Virus record (IMG/VR): IMGVR_UViG_3300045988_138996
Span: 64,001 to 128,000 of that record
Reading direction: 5' to 3' (one strand)
Origin: a virus
DNA length: 64,000 nucleotides
The translations under genes were made by a program, and so were the position numbers. The notes beneath the pieces were generated by a model that had not been told where the DNA came from, did no database searches, and saw nothing but the letters and a program-made list of their open reading frames with translations. Below, one piece after another: positions 9,035-17,905 of this stretch. Numbering within the stretch: position 1 is the first letter of the stretch; each line of letters opens with the position of its first letter.

Positions 9035-10009
9035 ATGCTATATAAAAATGAACAATATTTAAAAGAAGCTGTTAAAACAAAAACCAATAGTCAAATTGCA
9101 AAAGAGAATAATATTAGCGCAGATACAGTAACATATTGGCTGAGAAAATATAATATAAAAAAATATGAAGAAAAAGCTCCTTATATGGACAAAGCATATA
9201 TGGCTGAATTATACAATAAGTATAAAAGTGGAAATAAAATTTCTAAATTATTAAATTGCAATGAAAAAACAATATATGCTTGGTTGGAAAAACACGGAAT
9301 AGATACTTCAGAAACTGGTAGCCAAGGAGCTAGAAAACATTTTTATAATGAAAATTATTTTAAAAAAATAGACACTGAAAGAAAAGCTTATTTTTTAGGT
9401 TTTATACTTGCTGATGGATGTGTTTATTTTGGAACAAATAAAAATTCATATAGATTTCAAATGAATTTACAGGCACAAGATAGATATATATTAGAAGAAC
9501 TTCAAAAAGATATTGAATCTGATTATAAAATTCAAGATAAACAATTTGGATATAGTAAAAATGGTGATCCAATTTTAATTTCTTTATTAAAAATTAATTC
9601 ATCTAAATTATGTGAAGATCTAATGAATCTTGGAGTTGTTCCTAGAAAATCTATGAGACAAGAAATGAAAAAAGATTTAATTCCTGATAAGTTGATTAAA
9701 CATTTTATTCGTGGTTACTTTGATGGAAACGGATCTTGTTCTATAAGAAAAAATTCAATCTCTTTAGATTTTTTAGGTAACAAAACAATATGTTTGCAAA
9801 TTGATGAGTATTTAAAATCAAATAAAATAAATAAAAATGTTCTATATGGGAACAAAAAAAATGAATTATATGGTTTAAGAATAAATAATACAGATAATAA
9901 AATTTTATTATATTATTATTTATATAAAGATGCTACTATTTACTTAAAGCGTAAAAAAGAAAAATTTGACAAATTTCTCCAATGTAAAAAAAGTCCTCTT
10001 ATTAAGTAA
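9035..10009 (+). CDS. LAGLIDADG homing endonuclease with two N-terminal HTH repeats (intron-encoded)
   Basis: LAGLIDADG motifs YFLGFILADGC and HFIRGYFDGNGS. HTH repeats TNSQIAKENNISADTVTYWLRKYNI and GNKISKLLNCNEKTIYAWLEKHGI. Confidence 0.85.
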   Translation: MLYKNEQYLKEAVKTKTNSQIAKENNISADTVTYWLRKYNIKKYEEKAPYMDKAYMAELYNKYKSGNKISKLLNCNEKTIYAWLEKHGIDTSETGSQGARKHFYNENYFKKIDTERKAYFLGFILADGCVYFGTNKNSYRFQMNLQAQDRYILEELQKDIESDYKIQDKQFGYSKNGDPILISLLKINSSKLCEDLMNLGVVPRKSMRQEMKKDLIPDKLIKHFIRGYFDGNGSCSIRKNSISLDFLGNKTICLQIDEYLKSNKINKNVLYGNKKNELYGLRINNTDNKILLYYYLYKDATIYLKRKKEKFDKFLQCKKSPLIK

Positions 10010-10228
10010 TTAATAAGTAATAAACTGGTTGAATTGCTGGAATATCCTAAATGGACAATCAGCAGCCAAGTCTCTAGTAGAGAAAGGTTCAACGACTATC
10101 CTTGTATAAGGAGTAGGATCAAGCGATCCGAAGTGGCCAGCAACCTAGTAATAGGTCGAAGATATAGTCTAATCTATATAGTAATATATAGCAGCTTAAA
10201 AGCGTATTAAGTTTAGCGAACTTAATAG

Positions 10229-10421
10229 AATATACATGAAATCACAAGCCCCAACATCTATACTTATACTTGAATACGATCAAGTATTTAATAAATTTAG
10301 AGTTATTAATAGAACAGAAATCGAATCGTCTGAATTTACATTCGATAAAGCTGTTAAAAAGATAATTGATTTAAATGCTATTTATAACCCTAGCTATATT
10401 TATATAGACAGAGGATCTGGT
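10229..10421 (+). CDS. terL: terminase large subunit, exon 4
   Basis: Encodes ...KSQAPTSILILEYDQVFNKFRVINRTEIESSEFTFDKAVKKIIDLNAIYNPSYIYIDRGSG (RNase H-like nuclease strand pattern). It ends at ggt|aaa. The start is approximate (10203-10229). The track tail KYLPYIL* is intron read-through. Confidence 0.65.
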
Positions 10422-10685
10422 AAATATTTGCCCTATATATTATAAGTGAATTATATAATATATATGCAGTGTGGTATTAAGCGAGAAGCCTAAGTTAATT
10501 AATTAATATGGTAACTCGAACCGAAGACTTAATTAAATTAAGTCAGGGGCAGAGCATAGTAAGTGAAAAGATATAATCTTGCCAAGAGACCGCACCATAC
10601 ATTCACAATACGTATGAAAAAGTATGCCGACCTTATAGGAAACTATAAGAACTAGGAGATAAAAAGCTCCTAGGATAACAACGTG
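10422..10685 (+). ncRNA. ORF-less intron 4 of terL (264 nt, probably a compact group I intron)
   Basis: The contiguous guide atatttgcc (10424-10432) pairs with the exon 5 start gaatat (10686-10691) and the exon 4 end ggt (10419-10421, G-U at the splice site). The intron follows U and ends in G (10685). The junction restores ...IDRGSG|EYQMESL... in frame. It has an S-like aagatataatct but no clear canonical P/Q/R. Confidence 0.65.
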
Positions 10686-11264
10686 GAATATCAGATGGAA
10701 TCTTTAAAGATTTACGGTAAACAACATCCTGAAACCGGACTCGATAAAAAAGTTAAAGGTTGGATGTTCTCCGAAAAAATCGATGTACAAGATCCTGTCA
10801 CTGGTACTTTAGAAAAGAAACATTTAAAACCATTTATGGTGAATCAATTATCGATATTAATTGAACGCGGTAATCTTATATTGAGTCCTTGGGACGCACA
10901 TATATATAAACAATTAATTGATTATCGTGTCGAAAAAATTACGGCGGCAGGTGTTCCTGTTTATAACAGTGATAACGAGCACTTTGTCGATGCTTTGGGT
11001 TTAGCTTATTTAGCGTTCGTTGAACATTTTCCAGAACTTACTAAGTTAGTTAAAAAAGCATCGTATGAAGCCGTCTATTCATTTAATAGTGGTAATTCTC
11101 TACCACTATATGAAAAACGAGATCTTGAAAATCCATGGTCTAATGAAAAGAAACAATATGAATCAGTAGACGAAGCATGGGAAAAAGTTCCGCTTAACGA
11201 TTCGTTTAATAGACGTACGTCTAGAAAACCTTTAGGCGGAATGTTTAAAAGGACATTATTTTAA
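10686..11264 (+). CDS. terL: terminase large subunit, exon 5 (C-terminal nuclease domain)
   Basis: EYQMESLKIYGKQHPETGL...NSDNEHFVDALGLAYLAF has the typical TerL C-terminal acidic D..D..al pattern. The GTG at 10683 in the track is not a real start. Confidence 0.75.
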   Translation, partial: EYQMESLKIYGKQHPETGLDKKVKGWMFSEKIDVQDPVTGTLEKKHLKPFMVNQLSILIERGNLILSPWDAHIYKQLIDYRVEKITAAGVPVYNSDNEHFVDALGLAYLAFVEHFPELTKLVKKASYEAVYSFNSGNSLPLYEKRDLENPWSNEKKQYESVDEAWEKVPLNDSFNRRTSRKPLGGMFKRTLF

Positions 11265-12919
11265 TGGCTGAAGATAAAAAGATATTATATAGACCATCAA
11301 TAGAACCACAACGACACTATGAAAGTGATGGTCAGTTTAAAAAGAAAATAACTTCGGTTCCGGATCCGATACCATATTATCCAAAACCTGAAGAGAAAAA
11401 ATCTGAAACGGACGAATTGTTGGCAGATTTAAAGATGGTCTATGATCTTTTACCATTCATGCCAATACCGATTCGACCTATTATCGAAACTATGATCGTA
11501 ACGATTACAACCGATACGATTATACGAATCGATCCTCCTGATCCTGAGACACCATTACCTCCAGAACCAGAGGATCCTAATAAATTTATTCCGGTGCCAA
11601 CACCAGAATCAGATTTACCTGAACCTAAAGTTAATCCTGAACCACTACCTAAAGACGATTCAGATTTAGATTTTCCTGATGTACCAATTGTCGATGTACC
11701 TCAAGAAAAATCACAAGAACTAGATCGATTAGTATATCGATGGACAAAGCGTAATTTAGTTCGTGTTAAAAAGCATTGGATTGAAAAACTTAAAGATTAT
11801 CTTCAAGACTATCTTTCGAAGATGTTTAATGCCGTACAGTTATGTGGTGCTGAAGACATTACTATTTTATTATTAGCTTTCGATGCGTTAGCCGTTAAGA
11901 CTACGTCTGGTAAAAAATGTAAAGTAGCTCATGATAGTATCGTACGTAACGATTTATTAATAAGAGAAAAAGCAAAGTTAATGGCTAAGTTATATTCAGC
12001 CGACGAACTTATTCGTTTTATGAGAGCTATCGAGGCGGCAGCACAAACTCGTCAAGAATATTATAATCATGATTTTTTATCGTATTGCCCGACTATGTTA
12101 AGTCAATATGAAAACGATATGTTAAGAAGTTATCGTGGTAAATATGACGAAAAATATGTGAACGCCGTTTATCAGTATAATAAATTATTAGTATCTTCTG
12201 CAGAATTATCTAAAGAAGTATTTAATTTAACAGCTGAAAATGCCATGTCTAAAGGTGTATTAATCAATAATGGTATTAATCCATTTGAAAAAACTCCGAC
12301 ACCTGACCCTATATTCTATTTAAATACATTAGCTCCTGAAGCTGGTAAGATTGGCGCTAATGGTTTATCATCGACTGGTAATTATGGTAACCTTAAACCC
12401 GGTGCTGGATCTACTTCTAGTAGCGGTGGAGATGGTACTGTCGATGCTGTTAATCTTAAAGGTAATGACAAGATTCAGAAGATGTGGAACTTCTTTAAAG
12501 ATATGGGCTACGATAATAATGCGATTGCCGGTATTATGGGTAATATTCAACAAGAGTCTCAATTTAGTTTAGGTATTATTGAAGATGGTTCTGGTTCTAT
12601 GACTCCTGGCGTTGGTTATGGTTTAGTTCAATGGACTGATGCAGAACGTCAAGGATTATTGTCACGTATTGCTTCTCAACTTGGTAAACAACCTAGTGAT
12701 CTTGAAGCGCAATTAGCAACGATTAAATATGAGATCATGAATACACATACTGGTGCTAAACCAGAACATATGAATGGTAAGAGTATTGAACAAGCAGTAA
12801 GTTGCTTTACTGGTAACTTCGAATACCAAGATAGTGATGGTCGTGAAAATATTCCGGTAGTAGCTCATAGTACTCGTGTCGGATATGCTCAAAATATTTA
12901 TAATAATTTTGCAAAGTAA
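11264..12919 (+). CDS. virion-associated peptidoglycan hydrolase candidate (Pro-rich N-terminus, C-terminal phage tail-lysozyme-like domain)
   Basis: The C-terminal IAGIMGNIQQESQFS...GVGYGLVQWTDAERQGLL matches my recollection of the phage tail lysozyme family (GN..qES...GiGl.QWT). The N-terminus has PPDPETPLPPEPEDP repeats. Confidence 0.6.
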   Translation: MAEDKKILYRPSIEPQRHYESDGQFKKKITSVPDPIPYYPKPEEKKSETDELLADLKMVYDLLPFMPIPIRPIIETMIVTITTDTIIRIDPPDPETPLPPEPEDPNKFIPVPTPESDLPEPKVNPEPLPKDDSDLDFPDVPIVDVPQEKSQELDRLVYRWTKRNLVRVKKHWIEKLKDYLQDYLSKMFNAVQLCGAEDITILLLAFDALAVKTTSGKKCKVAHDSIVRNDLLIREKAKLMAKLYSADELIRFMRAIEAAAQTRQEYYNHDFLSYCPTMLSQYENDMLRSYRGKYDEKYVNAVYQYNKLLVSSAELSKEVFNLTAENAMSKGVLINNGINPFEKTPTPDPIFYLNTLAPEAGKIGANGLSSTGNYGNLKPGAGSTSSSGGDGTVDAVNLKGNDKIQKMWNFFKDMGYDNNAIAGIMGNIQQESQFSLGIIEDGSGSMTPGVGYGLVQWTDAERQGLLSRIASQLGKQPSDLEAQLATIKYEIMNTHTGAKPEHMNGKSIEQAVSCFTGNFEYQDSDGRENIPVVAHSTRVGYAQNIYNNFAK

Positions 12920-12936
12920 TATTAGTATGGTATAAT
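12909..12936 (+). promoter_or_regulatory. extended -10 promoter candidate upstream of portal
   Basis: TTGCAA (12909-12914), 16-nt spacer, TGgTATAAT (TG at 12928-12929, TATAAT at 12931-12936). Overlaps the stop of the preceding gene. Confidence 0.45.
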
Positions 12937-12972
12937 AAATTCATATTGATATATTTTGTACAAGGAAAATAA

Positions 12973-14721
12973 ATGGGTCTAACTAATTTTTTCGAAAAAG
13001 TAACGACAAAAAAGCTAGATACTAATAAGAAAGTGACCGGAGATTTTCAGTCGGCATTAAAAGCTAAGCCAGTAACACTTGGCGAATATCGAAATGCCAA
13101 CGCGCAAAATCCCGGTGCGCGCTCTTATGATTTAGCTCAAATAAAGAATGCTGTCTTAACAGATTCTTATTTAGCTGTAGCCGTTAGAAAATTTTCTCAA
13201 CTTATTACTAAAGCTGGGTATCAAATTAAATCTAAAAACGAAGATGCAGCTAATTATGTTAATGACAGAATTAAGGTTATTGAATTTAGAACTAAGATTC
13301 CGTTCTATACGTTAATAACTTCTATCGCTAGAGACTTGTATACTTACTCAAATTCGTATATAATAAAAACTAGAGATAATAATACTGAGAAATTTGGTCT
13401 TAAAGCTGAAAAGATTTTCAGTGGTGGAGCAATTTCAGGATTGTTTTTAGCTGATCCTGCATCCGTAACGATTCGTCGTAACGATGCCGGGGCTATCGAT
13501 GCATATGTAATTAATCAGGAAGAGTATTCTCCGAACGATGTAATTCATTTGTATATCGACAAAATGAATAATGCGGACTATGGTACATCCCGAATTTATT
13601 CGGCATTAGAAGATGTAACTATGCTCCGAAAAGCTGAAGGGCTGGTAATGACGATATTATATCGCTTTGCCATCCCTGTTTTGCATATAAAAGTAGGTAA
13701 TACGGCTGAAGGTCAATATGCTACGCAAAAAGAAATTAACGATGCTCGTGATGCATTTCAAGAAATGCCAAACGACGGGTTTATCGTTACGAATGAACGT
13801 ACAGCGATCGAAGCGATTACACCAAATATGCAAGCTAATCAGCTATTAAAATTTTTAGAGTATTTAGAACTTCGAGTATTCTCTGCATTAAATGCATCTA
13901 AATCTTCGATGGGTCGCGGCGGCGGTCAATCCTCTGCTGATAATACTGAAGCATTAATGCATGATGAAGTAAGAGCATTCCAAAACGTAATTACTAATTT
14001 TATCGAAAAATATCTATTTACAGAATTATTATTAGAAGGTGGCTTTAATCCTTTATTGAATAAAGACGATTATGTGTCGTTTGCATTTAACGAAGTATCG
14101 ATCGATACTAAAATTAAGCTCGAATCTAATACAATTCAAAAATATCAAGGGAATGTTATCGACTTGGACGAAGCTCGTCGTGAACTTGGCCTTAGTAATG
14201 AATTATCTGAAGAAGATATGTATGCCTTTAAAATTACTCAAAAAGGTAAACTCGATCTTGTCGATGCTCAAGCTAATGCTGCTATTAAGACGGCAAAAGC
14301 TACGGCTGCATTAAATATGCAACAAGCTCAATCTTCTAATGACGATGGATTAGATAATCGTAAGTTTAACGGTAAACAAGTATCCTCTGGTCCTAACGAT
14401 TACTTCTCTAACGATGCTAATCCGACAAATCAGAATACAGATAAGTATAGTATTAAAGCTAAAGAATCTTTAAATACTCAACAAAATTTAGACGATTATT
14501 CAAAAAACTTTAGTAAAGTTGATAAACTCTACAAAGACCTCAGTAATATACTCACAGATGGCGACGCTATTGAAGATGATAAATTTAGAGAAGCTCTTCA
14601 TGAGTATGCTTTAGATTTTGCTAAACAAGGTGTCGACCATTCTAAAGCGAACAACAAAACTAATAAAGACAAGATCACTCCGAACATCGATGTGATTGAC
14701 GATTATTCGTCAAAAAAATAA
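12973..14721 (+). CDS. portal protein
   Basis: 582 aa. Lies downstream of TerL and upstream of the protease-scaffold and capsid genes. Size and position are typical of a portal. No exact motif recalled. Confidence 0.6.
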   Translation: MGLTNFFEKVTTKKLDTNKKVTGDFQSALKAKPVTLGEYRNANAQNPGARSYDLAQIKNAVLTDSYLAVAVRKFSQLITKAGYQIKSKNEDAANYVNDRIKVIEFRTKIPFYTLITSIARDLYTYSNSYIIKTRDNNTEKFGLKAEKIFSGGAISGLFLADPASVTIRRNDAGAIDAYVINQEEYSPNDVIHLYIDKMNNADYGTSRIYSALEDVTMLRKAEGLVMTILYRFAIPVLHIKVGNTAEGQYATQKEINDARDAFQEMPNDGFIVTNERTAIEAITPNMQANQLLKFLEYLELRVFSALNASKSSMGRGGGQSSADNTEALMHDEVRAFQNVITNFIEKYLFTELLLEGGFNPLLNKDDYVSFAFNEVSIDTKIKLESNTIQKYQGNVIDLDEARRELGLSNELSEEDMYAFKITQKGKLDLVDAQANAAIKTAKATAALNMQQAQSSNDDGLDNRKFNGKQVSSGPNDYFSNDANPTNQNTDKYSIKAKESLNTQQNLDDYSKNFSKVDKLYKDLSNILTDGDAIEDDKFREALHEYALDFAKQGVDHSKANNKTNKDKITPNIDVIDDYSSKK

Positions 14722-14729
14722 GTAAGATA

Positions 14730-15032
14730 ATGCAGGATATTCAATCTGCGGTCAAAAATAATAAAGATAAAATATACATCGATAGCATTCTAAGTAAAAA
14801 TGAATATCGCCTTCGTTTTTTATGTGATTATATCTCTCGTAAAGCATATTGGTACGGATACGTACAACAATGCAAACAAGATGGTATAAAAGCAATCGAT
14901 ATTCAATTTAACGACAGTGAACATCAAAATGGACGCATGACCCATTTTAACATTGATAGAATCTCTATCGAAGATATTCCAGCTTATAGCCCGTACTGTA
15001 CGTGCGGCATAAAACCAATCATGAAAGGATAA
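14730..15032 (+). CDS. small head-morphogenesis-like protein (SPP1 gp7/Mu F-type C-terminal motif)
   Basis: Position immediately after the portal. The C-terminal H...PAYSPYCTCG resembles the hp.CrC ending of Mu F/SPP1 gp7-family minor head proteins. Confidence 0.35.
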   Translation: MQDIQSAVKNNKDKIYIDSILSKNEYRLRFLCDYISRKAYWYGYVQQCKQDGIKAIDIQFNDSEHQNGRMTHFNIDRISIEDIPAYSPYCTCGIKPIMKG

Positions 15033-15035
15033 ATA

Positions 15036-16286
15036 ATGGACTTCCGTGAATATATTGGTTTTTCTCCTACAAGTGAAAACGTCACGATAAAAGAGTCTGT
15101 TATCAGACCTATTGGGCAGTCGAGTTATTCTGATGATTCCGATAATAAATTAATTGTCGAAATCGAAGCTGTTCATGCATATCCTTATGTCACTCGAAAC
15201 AGTACTCGATACGCGTATCAAGGTCTAGAAGATTCCTTATCTGAGTGGACACATCCTTATAATATTCCAATCATTATGCATCATAATGATCAAGACGGCC
15301 AAATTATTGGTCGTGCGATCGATGCAAGACTTGGTGATAGCGAACGACTCGTCGGCTCTAAAGCTTTATTTATTACGGCTGAAATCCTCGACGAAAAAGC
15401 TCAAAAAGATATCAAGTCTGGATTATTATCGACTGTAAGCATTGGTATGACTGGACACGACGTTCGTTGTTCTATTTGTGGACAAGATCTCAACGAGGGT
15501 CCGTGTGAACATGTCAGAGGAGAGAGTTATGACGGACAAACATGTTGTTGGGATTTCTTTTCAATGAGCCCAATTGAATTGTCTTACGTTATAGTTCCTT
15601 CTGATAAATATGCAAAGAATATTAAAGTATATGATGACGGGGAGTACGAACAACAAAGTAGTACTCCTTCTAATTTAAGTATTCCGCAACAAGGAGAAAC
15701 CGGTACGAATATTCGTGCTAACGAATCTATGGATAAAGAAAAATTAAAAGTTCAAGAACCTGAAACTGAAGTTAAAACTGAAGCCGAAGGTAAAGAAACT
15801 GCTACAGAAGTTGAAGTTCCTGAAACTAAAACTCCTGAAGTTGAAAAAACTCCAGAGATTAAAGGTGAAGAAAAAACAGAGATCGAAGAATTAAAAGGTC
15901 AGATCGCTGAACTTATTAAATCTAACGAAGCTCTTACTGCAAAAGTTTCTAATCTTGCCGACGATTTATTAGCTTATAAATCTGAAGCTCGTAAAGAAAC
16001 TGCTTCCTTAATCGAAGGTAAAGAAAAATTAGAAGAAGCTCTTAAATCTGTTCAAGAAGTTAAAGCAGGCTTCGATACATTTAAAACTGAAAGCGAAGAA
16101 AAAGTTAAGTCTGAAATTGCTTCCGTTAAAGAATCTTTCGAAGATAAAATCAAAACATTAGATTTAGCAAACTCTACGGTTACAGATCCTAATGCTAAGA
16201 ATAATAAATCTACTGAAGTTCAAGTAAAAGAAGCTGCTCAACAACTTAAATCTATTACTGACGTATTTAACGCTTTCTATAAATAA
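15036..16286 (+). CDS. prohead protease-scaffold fusion candidate
   Basis: N-terminal globular half (…IIMHHNDQDGQIIGRAID…LLSTVSIGMTGH…) resembles prohead protease/XkdF-like families. The C-terminal half is E/K-rich and coiled-coil-like (scaffold-like). Lies between portal and capsid genes. Confidence 0.5.
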   Translation: MDFREYIGFSPTSENVTIKESVIRPIGQSSYSDDSDNKLIVEIEAVHAYPYVTRNSTRYAYQGLEDSLSEWTHPYNIPIIMHHNDQDGQIIGRAIDARLGDSERLVGSKALFITAEILDEKAQKDIKSGLLSTVSIGMTGHDVRCSICGQDLNEGPCEHVRGESYDGQTCCWDFFSMSPIELSYVIVPSDKYAKNIKVYDDGEYEQQSSTPSNLSIPQQGETGTNIRANESMDKEKLKVQEPETEVKTEAEGKETATEVEVPETKTPEVEKTPEIKGEEKTEIEELKGQIAELIKSNEALTAKVSNLADDLLAYKSEARKETASLIEGKEKLEEALKSVQEVKAGFDTFKTESEEKVKSEIASVKESFEDKIKTLDLANSTVTDPNAKNNKSTEVQVKEAAQQLKSITDVFNAFYK

Positions 16287-16303
16287 TAGGAGATAAATTT
16301 TAA

Positions 16304-17887
16304 ATGGCAAATTACAATCCTGGTAAAGGTGCTAATTATTTCACTGGCGGTGCTGATGGCAAAGTATTCAAAGGCATGGGCTTCAAACAGTTCAACAACG
16401 ATGACCGCCGTGTAACTCGTACACAAGTACGTTTGAATACTACTAATCATGATACTTCCAATATTGCTTACTGGTTGGACTCCCGTCTTCCTGTAGCATT
16501 CCGTTACAACTATGCAGAAATGTATAACCAAGTTGTAATTCCAAAAGGTCGTATCGTAGCTGTTGACCCTGATGTTAAAGCTGCTAAAGAAAACCCAGAA
16601 AAATTCTTGAACGTATTGACACTTGCTAACGGTGGTTGCCCTGTACGTTTGCGTACAGCTACTGACGTTTATGGTGCTGCTGGTATCGTATCTGGTAAAG
16701 CTTCTGGTAAACCTATGATGAATGCTGATGTTGAATGGACTCCAGTCGATGCAGCTGCTTATACTGCCGATCATTATAAACCATTTGCTAATGGCGGTGC
16801 CAAAGCAATCGCTACTGCTGCTGGTCTTGACAAAGACAAAACTTCTGGTCTTTTGACTAAAGGCGGCAAAAAACTTATGGATCATCGTAACGGTAACATT
16901 CCTGTAGGTATTTTGATGCGTAACGAATATACTCGTGACGAAAATGCTTGGAATGGTATGACTCCTGGTGCTATTAAAACTGACGTAATGGTAGAATTGC
17001 CTCATTTCTTGTTCAAAGATGAAGCTGAGCAAAATCCTTGGGGTTCTGCTTATGGTACATTCTTGCCTGGCGATTTTGTAAAATCTGACGAAAATGGTCG
17101 TATTGTAAAATCCCCATTATCTGACGAAGCTGCTTTGGCAACTATGCAAGCTCCTGAAATCGAATTTGAACGTCAACAAATTATCGGTCAAGTACACGAA
17201 GTAAACCCTAATTTGGTTCCTGAAGGCTCTACTAAATGGATGAAATGGGCTATCGAAGATCAAGAACAATTGGCTCAATATGCTGAAGATGGTTATGGCC
17301 GTACATATCGTCGTGGTGAAGATTTAGTTGATGATTCCGCTTACTTCCGTGGTATCGAAAACTATGAATTCAATTCCTTGTATTCTGATCACGACTTGAA
17401 CATGACTGCTTCCAATAATAAATTGGACGTATACGATTCCCGTTTGGGCGCTCGTTATGAATACATTGGTATTCCTGGTTTAACAGATGGTCGCAATGTA
17501 GCTACTACTGCTATTAAAGACGTTAAAGTTGGCGTAATGCATCCAGCTGCTCCTACTCAAGAATATCTTGATTTCAACTATCAAATTCCAGAACGTTTCA
17601 TCGAACAAGGTTCTGTACAAATTTCTATTAATAACTCTGCTTATACTCCAGTAGTAAAAGGTGCTGTTATTGCTAATGCATTTGAAGTAGTATACTTCAA
17701 CGAAGTTAATGGTTTGATCCGCTTGCGTGTTATCGACCGTACACAAGCTGATGCAATTATTAAAGCTGCTCCTAAAGAAGAAGCGGAAGTAAAAGTATCT
17801 TATTCCCGTCAAGGTCTTGCTGGCGTGCCTACATTCATGGATTGGGCAGGCTGTGTAGGTTCTGTTAAAGTATTGTTACAAAAATAA
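16304..17887 (+). CDS. abundant head-region structural protein (second capsid or decoration protein candidate)
   Basis: 527 aa with a strong RBS (taggagataaat). Codon usage is of the same biased type as the capsid, sheath and tube genes (cgt, ggt, gct, tcc, ttc, aac). No family recognised. Confidence 0.5.
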   Translation: MANYNPGKGANYFTGGADGKVFKGMGFKQFNNDDRRVTRTQVRLNTTNHDTSNIAYWLDSRLPVAFRYNYAEMYNQVVIPKGRIVAVDPDVKAAKENPEKFLNVLTLANGGCPVRLRTATDVYGAAGIVSGKASGKPMMNADVEWTPVDAAAYTADHYKPFANGGAKAIATAAGLDKDKTSGLLTKGGKKLMDHRNGNIPVGILMRNEYTRDENAWNGMTPGAIKTDVMVELPHFLFKDEAEQNPWGSAYGTFLPGDFVKSDENGRIVKSPLSDEAALATMQAPEIEFERQQIIGQVHEVNPNLVPEGSTKWMKWAIEDQEQLAQYAEDGYGRTYRRGEDLVDDSAYFRGIENYEFNSLYSDHDLNMTASNNKLDVYDSRLGARYEYIGIPGLTDGRNVATTAIKDVKVGVMHPAAPTQEYLDFNYQIPERFIEQGSVQISINNSAYTPVVKGAVIANAFEVVYFNEVNGLIRLRVIDRTQADAIIKAAPKEEAEVKVSYSRQGLAGVPTFMDWAGCVGSVKVLLQK

Positions 17888-17905
17888 TAGGAGCTTTAAA
17901 ATATA

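Larger units (their letters stand above)
8929..10228 (+). mobile_element. group I intron 3 of terL with homing endonuclease gene
   Basis: Core lies downstream of the ORF: P gaattgctggaat 10031-10043, Q caatcagcagcc 10056-10067, R gttcaacgactatcc 10087-10101, S aagatatagtct 10159-10170. P9-like hairpin ctatatagtaatatatag. The 3' splice site is ambiguous among G 10202, 10211, 10216 and 10228. Confidence 0.7.

Noticed and set aside
10422-10685. Considered a group II intron, riboswitch or small RNA gene for the 264-nt gap in TerL.
   Set aside because: It has no GUGYG 5' end, no domain V-like hairpin and no reverse transcriptase. Exon continuity, U before the splice site, a terminal G and the internal guide pairing all fit a group I-type intron better.
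12351-12572. Nested plus-strand alternative-frame ORFs (12351..12572, 14072..14314, 18873..19154, 29455..29637, 34930..35124, 35511..35720, 38643..38825, 39099..39284, 49917..50120, 52758..52946, 58434..58634).
   Set aside because: All are embedded out of frame within longer ORFs that have recognisable domains or coding-like composition. None has its own translation signals.
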